The notes under the pieces are model-generated. The model did not search any database, was not told the origin of the DNA, and saw only the letters and a program-made list of their open reading frames with translations. Of a DNA stretch of 64,000 bases, positions 49,172 to 61,091 are shown in pieces. Origin of the DNA: Lama glama (lineage: Eukaryota); assembly GCA_028534125.1 (NCBI GenBank), contig CM052817.1:42782001-42846000 (forward strand), given 5' to 3'. The first letter of the stretch is position 1. Every line of letters starts with the position of its first letter. A program made the position numbers and the translations under genes.

Positions 49172-51415
49172 TTTTTGTTTGTTTTTTAGTATTTTTTGAT
49201 TGAGTAATAGTCATTTTACAGTGTTGTGTCAAATTCCAGTGTAGAGCACAATTTTTCAGTTATATATGAACATACATATATTCATTGTCACATATTTTCT
49301 TTTTGCTGTGAGCTACCACAAGATCTTGTATATATTTCCCTGGGCTATATATACAGTACACAGTATACAAGATTATATACAGTATAATCTTGTTTATCTA
49401 TTCTACATTTTGAAATCCCAGTCTGTCCCCTCCCACCCCCCACCCTCTTGGCAACCACAAGTTTGTATTCTATGTCTATAAGTCTGTTTNNNNNNNNNNN
49501 NNNNNNNNNNNNNNNNNNNNNNNNNNNNNNNNNNNNNNNNNNNNNNNNNNNNNNNNNNNNNNNNNNNNNNNNNNNNNNNNNNNNNNNNNNNNNNNNNNNN
49601 NNNNNNNNNNNNNNNNNNNNNNNNNNNNNNNNNNNNNNNNNNNNNNNNNNNNNNNNNNNNNNNNNNNNNNNNNNNNNNNNNNNNNNNNNNNNNNNNNNNN
49701 NNNNNNNNNNNNNNNNNNNNNNNNNNNNNNNNNNNNNNNNNNNNNNNNNNNNNNNNNNNNNNNNNNNNNNNNNNNNNNNNNNNNNNNNNNNNNNNNNNNN
49801 NNNNNNNNNNNNNNNNNNNNNNNNNNNNNNNNNNNNNNNNNNNNNNNNNNNNNNNNNNNNNNNNNNNNNNNNNNNNNNNNNNNNNNNNNNNNNNNNNNNN
49901 NNNNNNNNNNNNNNNNNNNNNNNNNNNNNNNNNNNNNNNNNNNNNNNNNNNNNNNNNNNNNNNNNNNNNNNNNNNNNNNNNNNNNNNNNGGGTGCAGGTG
50001 TCTTTTTGAAGTAGGGTTCCTTCTGGACATATGCCCAGGAGCGGGATTTCTGGGTCATATGGTAAGTCTATTCCTAGTCTTTTGAGGAATCTCCATACTG
50101 TTTTCCACAGTGGCTGCACCAAACTGCATTCCCACCAGCAGTGTAGGAGGGTTCCCTTTCCTCAACAGCCTCTCCAGCATTTATCATTTGTGGGCTTCTG
50201 AGTGATGGCCATTCTGACTGGTGTGAGGTGATACCTCATTGTAGTTTTGATTTGCATTTCTCTGATAATTAGTGATATTGAGCATTTTTTCATGTGCCTA
50301 TTGATGATTTGTATTTCTTCCTTGGAGAATTGCTTGTTTAGGTCTTCTGCCCATTTCTGGATTGGGTTGTTTGTTTTTTTCTTATTAAGTTGTGTGAGCT
50401 GCTTATATATTCTGGAGATCAAGTCTTTGTCGGTTTCATTTGCAAAAATTTTCTCCCATTCCAGAGGTTGTTATTTTGTTTTATTTATGGTTTCCTTTGC
50501 TGTGCAGAAGTTTGTAAGTTTCATTAGGCCCCGTTTGTTTATTCTTGCTTTTATTTCTATTGCTTGGGTAGACTGTCCTAGGAGAGCATTTTTGAGATGT
50601 ACGTGAGATAATGTTTTACCTATATTTTCTTCCAGGAGGTTTATTGCATCTTGTTTTATCTTTAAGTCTTTGATCCATTTTGAGTTTATTTTTGTGTATG
50701 GTGTAAGGGAGTGTTCTAGCTTCACTGATTTATATGCTGCTGTCCAGTTTTCCCAACACCATTTGCTGAAGAGACTGTCTTTATTTCATTGTCGAAGATT
50801 AGTTGACCAAAAGTTTGTGGGTTCATTTCTGGGCTCTCTATTCTGTTCCATTGGTCTGTATGTCTGTTTTGGTACCAATACCACGCTGTCTTGATTACTG
50901 TAGCTCTATAGTATAGTCTGAAGTCTGGGAGAGTAATTCCTCCAGCCTCTTTCTTTTTCTTCAGTAATGCTTTGGCAATTCTAGGTCTTTTGTGGTTCCA
51001 TATAAATTTTGTTATGATTTATTCTAGTTCTGTGAAATATGTTCTGGGTAATTTGATAGGGATTGTATTAAATCTGTAGATTGCCTTGGGCAGTGTGACC
51101 ATTTTAACAATATTGATTCTTCCAATCCAGGAGCATGGGATATCTTTCCATTTTTTAATGTCTTCTTTAATTTTCTTCATCAGTGGTTTATAGTTTTCTG
51201 TGCATAATTCTTTCACCTCCTTGGTTAGATTTATTCCTAGGTATTTTATTACTTTAGGTGCTATTTTAAAGGGGATTGTTTCTTTACTTTCTTTTTCTGT
51301 TGATTCATTGTTAGTGTAAAGAAATGCAACTGATTTTTCAACATTAATCTTGTAACCTGCTACCTTGCTGAGTTCTTTGATCAGCTCTAGTAATTTTTGT
51401 GTGGACCTTTTAGGG
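49172..51415 (-). mobile_element. Young 5'-truncated camelid-type LINE-1 with TSD
   Basis: ORF2p C-terminal peptides ([52 protein letters not shown]), 3' UTR and A-rich tail; perfect 16-bp TSD TAAAACCCTCTAAGTT at 49156-49171 and 51416-51431. Confidence 0.97.
49490..49989. other. Assembly gap (500 N)
   Basis: Run of N inside the young L1 3' UTR. Confidence 1.
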
Positions 51416-51729
51416 TAAAACCCTCTAAGTTCTTTTGCACATAAAAATTTATTATAAACAATGCCAATGTTGGGATGTCAGTCCGTGTCGTAAACTCCAA
51501 AATGGCATTCTAGTCTCTTTGATAGCTTCTTCTCAAATAGGCCAACCCCTTTTTTGACAATCATTTATAAGCAATTAGTGCAATGTTTGTGTACTGTAGG
51601 CACCATAAATTAGAAAACTGTGGACATGGATTATGTTGGAAAATTTTCCGTACAATCTTTTGAAAAATATAGACCAGGTACCAGTAAATGTAGGTAGAAT
51701 GTCGACTTGTTGCACAGTTAGACTTTCCA

Positions 51730-51975
51730 TTTGACAGAATAATGTAATGGTTAAGAGCAAGTAAGAAGACCTGAGTTCAAAGGTCAGCTGCTACTTACAA
51801 GCTCTAGGACCTTGCAGCAATTACATGGTATCTCCATGCCCCACTTCTTGTGACAAGGTATAATAGTAGGAGCATCTCCAAAGGGTTGCAGCGAGGCTTA
51901 GATGAGATGATGTGTTCAAAGACTTGGAATCATGGCAGGCACATGGTGAACATATTAGCTATTATTATTACTAAT
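51730..51975 (+). mobile_element. MIR SINE
   Basis: aatgtaatggttaagagc...gacctgagttcaaa...ggcttagatgagatgatgtgttcaaag...ggcacatggtgaacatattagctattatt. Confidence 0.8.
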
Positions 51976-52206
51976 AAATAGAGACCAAAAGATCTTTTAA
52001 ACCCTGAAGACCAGGTCTAGTAGTGAGTTAAAGCAGAGCTCTGTATGTGGTCTAATATCAAACAGCATTTTTGTTAGTTCATTGGCTGATTCTAACTCTT
52101 GTGTGTGTTTATGATGATGTTGGGCAGGTCATCTAACCTCTTTGAGCCCCATTTCCTCATCTGTATAACAGATATTAGGGTTTTCCTTAAAGAATAAGTA
52201 CATCAA

Positions 52207-53590
52207 TCAAACAGTCGAGAAATAGAGCCATACATATTTACTCAATTGAGTTTTTTCAAAAGAAGGAAGGTAATTCAAATGGAGAAAGGAGACTAAAAAA
52301 AAGAAAAAAGAAAAAAAAAACAAGTGGAGAAAGGAGAGTCTTCTGAACAAGTGGCACTGGGATAGCTGAATGTCTATATGCAAAAAAAAAAAACAGATTA
52401 TCAACTCATTTTTCACACTATACAAAAAATTAACTCAAAATATATCATAGACCAAATACAAAATTTAAAAGCATGAAATTTCCAGAAAAAGACAGAGGAA
52501 AGTCACTATGATCTTGGGTGAGGCAAATATTTCTTATATACAATACCAAAAGTACATTCCATATAAGAAAATATTGATGTATTGGATTTCATAAAAAAAA
52601 TAAAATGTCTACTTTGTGAAAGACATAGTTAATAGAAAGAAAAGTAAAAACCAAAGACTAGAAGAAAAATTTTACAAGTCATAGATCTGATAAAAGACAT
52701 GTATTCTGCCTATGTAAAGAAGTCTCAAAACTTAAGAAAATGAACACCCAAAATGAAAGATGGGCAAATGATTTAAGAAGACAGTTCACTGAAGAAGATA
52801 TGCAGATGGCATCTAAGTACATGACAAGCACATGAAAACATGTTAAAATCATTAACCATTAAGGAAATGTAAATTGAAACTACAATGAGATACTACTACA
52901 CACCTACTAGAATGTCTAAAATCATAAGCCTGACAATAATACCAAGTGCTGACAAGGATGTGAAGTAACTAAACTCTCACACATGGCTGGTGAGAATGGA
53001 AATTGGTGCAGCCATTTTGGAAAAGTTTGGTAGCTCCTTATATGGTTAAACGAACATATATTTACCATATAACTCAGGAATCGCACTCCTAGGTGTTTAC
53101 CCTAGAGAAATGAAAACTTTGGGTCACACAAAAACCTGTACATGAATGTTCATAGCAATTTTATTCATTATTGCCAAAAACCTGAATACAACCCAAATGT
53201 CCTCTGATGGGTGAATGGATGAAACAACTGTGGGCACCCATGCAATGGTACTTCTCAGCAATACAAAGGAATGAACTACTTATACACACAGTAACATGGA
53301 TGAATCGCAAGTATATCTCCCTAAGTGAAAGGATGTAGATTCAAAAGTTTACATACTACATGATTCAATTTTTACTGCATTCTGGTAAAGGCAAAATTAA
53401 GGGACTGGGAGTGAAGATGGGGAAGGGACAAACTATAAAGTGCTTAAGGAAATTTTGATAAAGCCATTCTATACCTTAATTGTGGTGGTAGTTACATGAG
53501 CATGCAAGCTTATTAAAATGAATAGAACTATACACCAAAGACAGTGAATTTCAATGTATGTAAATCATATCGCAATACAATGATTTCCAA
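52207..53590 (+). mobile_element. Old L1 (L1MB/L1MC-like) ORF2 end and 3' UTR
   Basis: cactatacaaaaattaactcaaaa, gaaactacaatgagatactactacacacctactagaatg, aacatggatgaatcgcaag...ctaagtgaaagg. Confidence 0.9.
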
Positions 53591-54429
53591 ATTCTATTAA
53601 AAATAAAAGGTTTATAATTGTGGGAGCTGTACAGTAGCTGTAATAACAGCACTACTATTACTGTTGGAAAGTACTTTAATAATTACTACTATTCCCCCAA
53701 AGTCTTTTATTTTTGGTAATCAATACAATGCTCAGCCAGAAAATAACAAAAAGCCAAAAATCAACCTTCTAGGGTTGTACAAGGAATAAATGAGAGGACG
53801 TATGTGCAACACCTCATTACACTACTGCACTCAGTTGGATAACAGGCACTGGATTACAAGCACGCAATAAGTGGCAGATATTATTATTGATTTTGTTGTC
53901 ATTGCTAAGAGATATTTCAACTCATACTTAAGGCCTTTTATTAATTTTCATTAATCCCCAAATGGAAAAGCCACCTAATAAAGACACAATCTAGTTTCAG
54001 AAAAATGGAGGGAATTCAAACTATGGGCTAAAATAACCTGGCAGAAATGTACTTAAAACAAATGGAAGTATCTATACATTTTCATAAATCAATTGACAAA
54101 AGCATGGCAGAAGCAACTTGATTCAATAACAATTAATATGAGAAAGAGGAGAGAGGTTTTGCTGAGAACTAGCTCAGTGTGACTTGGTGGTGTAGTCTGG
54201 TTGCCTAAGGAAAATACATTATTTGAAACAGAGTAACCTATTCAAGGGAAATAGGCCCCTCACCCTCAGCAGGCCTCACTGGCTGAGATAGCACCTTTTA
54301 GGAGGAACACTGACAAATTGGGCTGGGTGTCCAGATGGGTGTACCCAAAATGAAACCATGTCACATGAAGAATTGAGGGAACTGGCAGTGTTCTGACTAA
54401 ATAGTCAATGGGAGAAATGTTTACTCCTA

Positions 54430-54900
54430 CCCATGGCATGTTATCTGTCTCACTTAAGAACTCCTTATCTGCCTGTTAGTTTGATTGCAAGTTGTTTCTT
54501 GAGCGATCCATTCATACTCTCAATTTATATCAAATACCAGTGCAATTCTGAAATTGATTTCTGCTTGTTCAGTTCTTCCCAGCAACATTTAAACATTCTC
54601 ATCAAACAAAAATTCCTCTTCAACCATTGCTTTTTCTCTCTTATAGAAAAATTGCTTATATTCTTTTCTCCCACTCCATCCTCCATATAACCCTCATCAC
54701 TTCATTGAAAGAATTCAGTCTAAGGTCACCAATGAAATCTACATTGCTAGAGCTGATGCCTGACATTCAGTTCTTTTCAAACGAGCTCAAGGCAGCACTC
54801 AACATCGCCGCCTTCATGCAACATTCTCTTCCACTGGTTTCGGTGGTATGCACTCTCTTCAAACCCTCCTGTCCTCTCTGTCTTCTTTGGCTGCTCATTG
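54430..54900 (+). mobile_element. L2 fragment
   Basis: ctaaggtcaccaatgaaatc...gagctcaaggcagcactcaaca. Confidence 0.55.
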
Positions 54901-55260
54901 GCTCCCCAAATCCATTCTCTACTTCTTGAGTGGAAATCACGTTTTAGATGGGCATGTGATCACCAAAACATCCCTTACAGCTAGGTCTGGCCATGTGACT
55001 AAACTCAGCAGAGGAGATGTGTGCAACTTTCATATCACTTTCTTAAAAGGTAACTCCTTGACCTCTACTCCTTTTCTTTCCCTTTCTGTGGATGAAAAGC
55101 TGATGAAGAGATGAGGACACCCTAAGGAATGTGGGACAACAGGACGGGAAACCTAGGTCCATGAATGATCTCATAAGGCAGACCTGCTTATTCACCCTGA
55201 TTGTCTGCTCTCCTCAGACTGTTTTCTAGATGAAAAGAAACTGCTATCTCATGATGTCTC
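54900..55260 (+). mobile_element. MaLR LTR (MLT1I/J-like)
   Basis: cccttacagctaggtctggccatgtgactaaactc...aacctaggtccatgaatgatc. Confidence 0.65.
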
Positions 55261-55269
55261 CATGGCTGT

Positions 55270-55495
55270 GACATTGTTTCTAATGATCTTGACAGTTTTG
55301 AGGTGTATTGGTCAGGTATTTTGTAGAGGGTCTCTGAATTTGGATTATCTGATGTTTTTGTCATGATTGGTCTGGGGTTATGAGCTTTAGAGAAGAAGAT
55401 CAAGAAGGTAAAGTGTGATTTTTATCACATAATATCAAGGGTACGGACTAGCAACATGACTTACCTCTACTAATGTTGACTTTGATCACTTGGTG
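55270..55495 (-). mobile_element. L1MC-like 3' UTR fragment
   Basis: atgatcttgacagttttgaggtgtattggtcaggtattttgtagagggtctctgaatttggattatctgatg. Confidence 0.75.
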
Positions 55496-55499
55496 CCAG

Positions 55500-55930
55500 C
55501 ATTATTTTCTTTCATTCTTCACCTCACTCTCAAAGTTCTAGCCACAGTGACCTTCTATAAATCCCTCAGACTCTCCATGGTCCCCTTAGGAATACAGCTC
55601 CCTCTGCCAGGAACATTCCTTTCTCACTTTCACCCTCCACGTTCATATGATTAGCACCTGCTCATACTTCAGATCTCTGCTCAAGGCACTTTCTCAGCAA
55701 ACACTTCTCAGAGATCCCCAGTTCAATCAGGCTTTGGGTACTTTCAGGCCATACACTTTTGCAGAATCATGTTCCTTTCCTTTAGTGCACTTATTTGCCA
55801 CTAAGCTAGAAACTCCATGTGAGGAAGGACTGTGTTTTTGGTTGACTGGTTTATTTATAGCCAACCAAGTATCCCTGATAATTATTGCATTGCTTGGCAC
55901 AGAGTATATGCTCAAAAATTAGTAGTGAAT
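55500..55930 (+). mobile_element. L2 3' end
   Basis: ccctctgccaggaacattcct...aactccatgtgaggaaggactgtg...cttggcacagagtatatgctcaaaaattagtagtgaat. Confidence 0.75.
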
Positions 55931-56299
55931 AAAATATTAATGGAACAAAATAACATTTAAAATATTTGAGTTGAAATAATAATGGAAGAAATATTTAATA
56001 AGTTCTCCAGTCAACATCAATAGCAGGAGCTTATGATGTACCACATCAGTTCCTCAGCGCCACTGATTTTAATGCCATTTTGGTGGAAATTCCATACATC
56101 CTTGCTGGACCACAAGAAGCCATGTCTGGAGCTGATGGAGAGGGCAGTATATAACCCAGAGATACTGGACTTGAAATAGATGAAGTTAATGTCTCCCTCA
56201 CTTCAGTTTCCTGGGTTGACATCCAAAACAGATTACTTGTAACTAATTATTAATCAGTGTGTCTTTTCAGAGGAACTAAGACACATATCCAGTTCATCT

Positions 56300-56840
56300 T
56301 AGAAATCAAAACAAAAGGTAATCTGGGAATACCTATTAAAAGACTAAATATATACATCTTTGGACCCAGCCTTCTCAATCTTAGAAACCTATCTCACAGA
56401 AATAAGAGAATGAGTATGTAGGATATATATGAAGGAGTCATTACTGTAAAATTATTTAAAATCATGAAACCTGGAAACAACCGGGACATGCAAAAAGAAG
56501 AGAATGTTTGAAAAAATTTGTATATACATAATAATGAATGTCATATATCTATTTAAAAAATAGTAGTTAGATCTGAATTTATAGACCAAGGAAGATGTTA
56601 CTATCAGGTGGGAAAAAAAGACAAGAAATATGATTCCATTTTTCTTAAAAGTGGGTAAATTTACCTACATATGTGGGTATATGTTTCTATAAGCAGATAA
56701 AAATATGGTAGCATAAACAGCAAAAAGTTGATGTCATATATCTCAGAAGGACAGGGTTACAAGGAGGAGAGAGATTCCACCCCTTTTTACATCTTCTTAA
56801 AAATTTACATAAGTGATATTTGTGTAATAAAGGATTTTTT
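56300..56840 (+). mobile_element. Ancient L1ME-like fragment
   Basis: catctttggacccagccttctcaatcttagaaacctatctcacagaaata...acctggaaacaacc. Confidence 0.65.
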
Positions 56841-57569
56841 AAAGTGGAGACAAAATTAAAGAATGAAGAAAATTCAGAAGCATAAAGGTAGTAATTTACA
56901 GAATAAATAAAAATTGCACAATTACCTGATTTCTTAGAATAGAATTAAAAAGGATTTGGGACACATTCCACATGTGTTAAAGGTGAATCAGGAATAAGTA
57001 TTCTTTCTTTGAAAGTTAGAATAGAAAAATACCAAAAATGAGTACTGAAGTTAAGTACTTACTAAGAGGATAGCAATTTAGCTTCACAAGTGAAAAAAAA
57101 AAAAAAGGAAAAGATTCAAATGATAGTTCAAATTTGAAAAATTGTACTTTTCAGTAAGTAAGAGATCTTGAGACCTGAGAAGAATCATGCCCATGATGAG
57201 GCACAAATGTTTAGCATATTCACCAAATGAATAAAAATATGGGAACTTAATGAAGAAAGAAACAAATGAACAACAACAAAGAGCTGCTGTTGCCTACATT
57301 AAAGATTTTTTGGATTAGTAGTGAATTGAATTTTGTGACCTGCCCTTTGATCAAAGCAACACTAGCTCTAGCTGGTCGGCAGCAGGGCTGCCCCGCCCCG
57401 TATCTCGGACCACACGGAGCCACATTCTTTCAGTCCCGTCTCCTGGATGTGACTGGCCTCTCATTTCATACCCGTACCAGGTACCACTTGACTACTGCCC
57501 TGTGGTTTTTCTAGACTTCCAGGTATGGAACCCTGCCTCTCATACATGCATGTGCAACATCAAAGTGCA

Positions 57570-58865
57570 GAAGAATTGATAGCCCATGATCAGTTTGCTT
57601 ATCTTTGCAAAAGAAAACTCTGAAAGGATAAAACAGAAACTAAAATTGTTATCTGAATAGGGTGGAGTTGGGAGAAACGTTAAGTATATAAGTATAGAAG
57701 TGAGAATTCTATGAATATTATTTTATGTATATAGACTTTTGACACATGTAAATCTTTTTTTACACAATCAAAACATAAGTTTGAATTAGAAAGTAATCCC
57801 CTAAACTGGAAACAAATAAATCTTACTGTTTGTATACTCAAATGAATAACCTAATCATGCAGAAAATCTTTCCAAACAACTTTTAAAAAAATTTTGAGCA
57901 TTGAATTCTTTCGTATTCATAACTCTATTCTACATTTGCTTTTTTAAATTGAAGTATAGTCAATTTACAATGTTGTGTTAATTTCTGGTATACAGCATAC
58001 TCTGGCTATACCTGCTGGGTGGGATACAGTCTAAAAAGAAAACCGCAGCTCACAGAAAAATGTCTAACTTGATTTAGATGCAATATTGGTATTATAATTT
58101 AGAAACTATTTTTTGTATTTATACAAAATGATTTTATGTATATTATACCAAAAAGCAATTAAATAAATATGTTAATGATAGTAGGTACTAAGACTTTCAA
58201 CATAAATATTATACATATGTATAACACACATACAATCTAAAAAGCTAAGAAACAGTATAATATGAAAATTGAAGTGGAAATATTATTTGGATTTCAACAC
58301 ATGCATGTGCATGCACACACACAAACACCCCAGCTATCCCACGAAAAAGTCATACAAGTAATGACATTCCTGCAGCAATGATCTTGATCCTAGACTTCTT
58401 GGAAAAATGGCTGATTTCATATCTAGGGCAAGGAAAGTACAAGATGAGCCCAAGACATTTTATTATGCCAGAAAGCAAGGAAATGTTCAGAAACAAATTA
58501 GACTTTGATTAGATATGGTTTGAAAACAGGTTTTTATTTGTAAAATAAAAGGTATTTTGGAACAACTGGAAAAATTTGAATAAAGAATAGATATTATTAT
58601 TATTAATTTGCTAATATGCATATTTAAGAGAATTTTTTTAAATATATAGTGAAATATTCAGAGATGGAATGTTATACTGCAGGTGACATTTTCAAATGGT
58701 TCATAAAAATATATACTATATATAATAATATGCAAATAAAACATATATGGTAAAAATAATATTTACAGTTGTTGAAAATGAATGGTAGTCATATATATGA
58801 TCAATGTACTAGTCTTCCAACTTTTCAGTATGTTTGACATTTCCATACTTAAAAGATGGAAAAAA
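57570..58865 (+). mobile_element. Fragmented old L1 (L1MC/MD/ME-like) 3' UTR pieces
   Basis: gaaaaatggctgatttcatatctagggcaaggaaagtacaagatgagcc; ends ttccaacttttcagtatgtttgacatttccatacttaaa. Confidence 0.6.
57940..57999 (-). mobile_element. Extremely truncated (~60 bp) L1 3' end
   Basis: ttttttaaattgaagtatagtcaatttacaatgttgtgttaatttctggtatacagcata. Confidence 0.85.
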
Positions 58866-60879
58866 ATGATGTAAATTCATATCTAATAAAGCAAAGAACA
58901 GGAAATGGAGCTGACGTTTCCCTAAGGGCCATTTAAGTCCTCTGATTCTACAATAACAGAAAAGGACATTGGGAGTAGTAGTTACAGAGAACAAAAGAAA
59001 AATGGAAGGATTAAAAAACAGCTTCCTATAAGCCAATATCATAACAGCTTGCTCATTAGATTAGTGTGATTACTTCTTTATTAGGCCTTATTTGAGCTGT
59101 CATCTGGTATCAATTAGGTCAGTTATAGTCTGTCAGGTCTACCGGAGGGAAATGGAGCAAGGTCCATCATGGCGTGAGGATGGCGTAATTAAAGCAATGG
59201 AAGTAATGGCTACTCTTCATTTAACCCTCATCCAATCAACCAAGCCCACATTGGCCTTCCACTCACGTTGAATGCTAAAGATGTGGAAGGAGGGAAAAGA
59301 TACTGCCAAAACAGAGTTTTAAAAATCTCGATTCAATCATAAAACCAAATCAAATCATAGTGAGGTGATGAGTTACAAAGAAAATATACTGAAATATCAT
59401 TGTAGAGACTTTAAAAATGGCACAATTCATTTATAAATCTATTCCCTAGTGACTTAATTCTATACATATGTGTATGTGTGTGTAAATAATTCTCAAGAAA
59501 AAAAGAGAAAAAGAAGAAGGGGGAATGAAAATGAGACTGAGTATTTTACTAGAGTGAAAAAATTCTGCATAGGTAGTCTAGAATTAAAGAAAGAGCATTG
59601 TAAACAGACATGAACTGAATTGAGCATATAGCTCCCTTGAGCCTTGAAGAATCTAGGCAAAATCTAGAGACCAAAATTGTGGCCAAATTATTTAAGCCAA
59701 GTTGATTTTATTCAATTTCAGTTCGGTTGTAAAGGTAACAGAGGAAGCATGAAAGACACGTAAATCGAACTTAGTCCAAGCATTAAAACATCAGAAAACA
59801 GCAGGAGTGAGGTTGGGATTATTAGTTCAAAAAGTTTAACTATAGTGAAATTCCATTTCTATATCTGATAGATAATGAGGGATTTGGCCCAATAGTTACC
59901 ATGTATGACATACATGGATCACTAGTTTTTAATAAATCTTAACCTTGTTAATATTTAAATTAGATTCAATTATTGCTCCAAACTAAACAATCCTTTCATG
60001 ATTCAGAGAGCTTGAAGAACTTCAGAGTTTTACACACAGAGACTGCTAAACCTATAGTTGTCATACATGATACTGTCTAAGCTGTTTTTCCGACAGAAAA
60101 GCTGGTAAGAACTTGTTTCTCATTTTCCTTCTTTCATAAAAGTAGGATACAAAAATGGGGAGTGTGGAGGTTGGGAGCACATTGTGTTTATTTGAGTTTC
60201 GTGGGTAGTCTGGATTACAAATTAATGGATGTCTATCCATGTGAAGATGTGTGACATTGATCTGGTCTCTGACCTCGGTGCTGCCATGAAAGTAGCTCTT
60301 CGACTTGGACAAGTGACTTAATATTTATGGGCCACAGTTTTGTCATTTATGAAATAAGACAGTACATATTACCAAATAATACCTAAATCACTAGTTAGCT
60401 TTAAATTTTGTGCCTTTTATGACTTAGTTACCTCTCTCTAAAGCCATTCACCCTCAACAGGAAGGAATTAGATAGGTAGGTAGCAAACAAAGCAAAAGTG
60501 GTATCAGAGTCTTACACACACCCCTTCTTCCGTCTTTTCCTCGCTTGCTACTGTTTCTTTTTTTTTTTTTGAAGATTTAGGCATTATTCTTTGTTTAACT
60601 AATAAGATCACCTACAATGTACAGTATTATGGTAATTATAATATCCTATCAAATTTTCTAGATTGTCATAGAATTTGCAAGTTGTATTTCACATATAATT
60701 TCCTAAATCTCTTATTATCAACAGATATTAACCAATGGCATCACTATACTAAAAACACCCTAATAAGCTTATATATATATATAAGCCCATGTGGTTACGA
60801 GTTTCCTTTGATCATCCTAAAGTTTGATAAAATATTACTTAAATCTTCAAACATTAAGAAGCTATTATTGTTAGACACA

Positions 60880-60977
60880 AGATAAACAAGTTTATATTTT
60901 ACAGCACAGGGGACTACATTCAATATCTTGTAGTAACCTATAATGAAAAAGAATATGAAAACCAATATATGTGTGTG

Positions 60978-61017
<40 letters not shown>

Positions 61018-61091
61018 ATACTGAACTATTGTGCTGTATTACCAGAAATTGACACACCATTGTAAACTAACTATATTCCAATTAAAAAAAA
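60880..61091 (+). mobile_element. L1 3' end (camelid/cetartiodactyl type) containing (TA)15
   Basis: agataaacaagtttatattttacagcacaggggactacattcaatatcttgtagtaacc...ccagaaattgacacaccattgtaaactaactatattccaattaaaaaaaa. Confidence 0.9.

Noticed and set aside
49345..50122. Long 184-239 aa ORFs
   Set aside because: Artefacts of translating through the 500-N gap; the real parts are L1.
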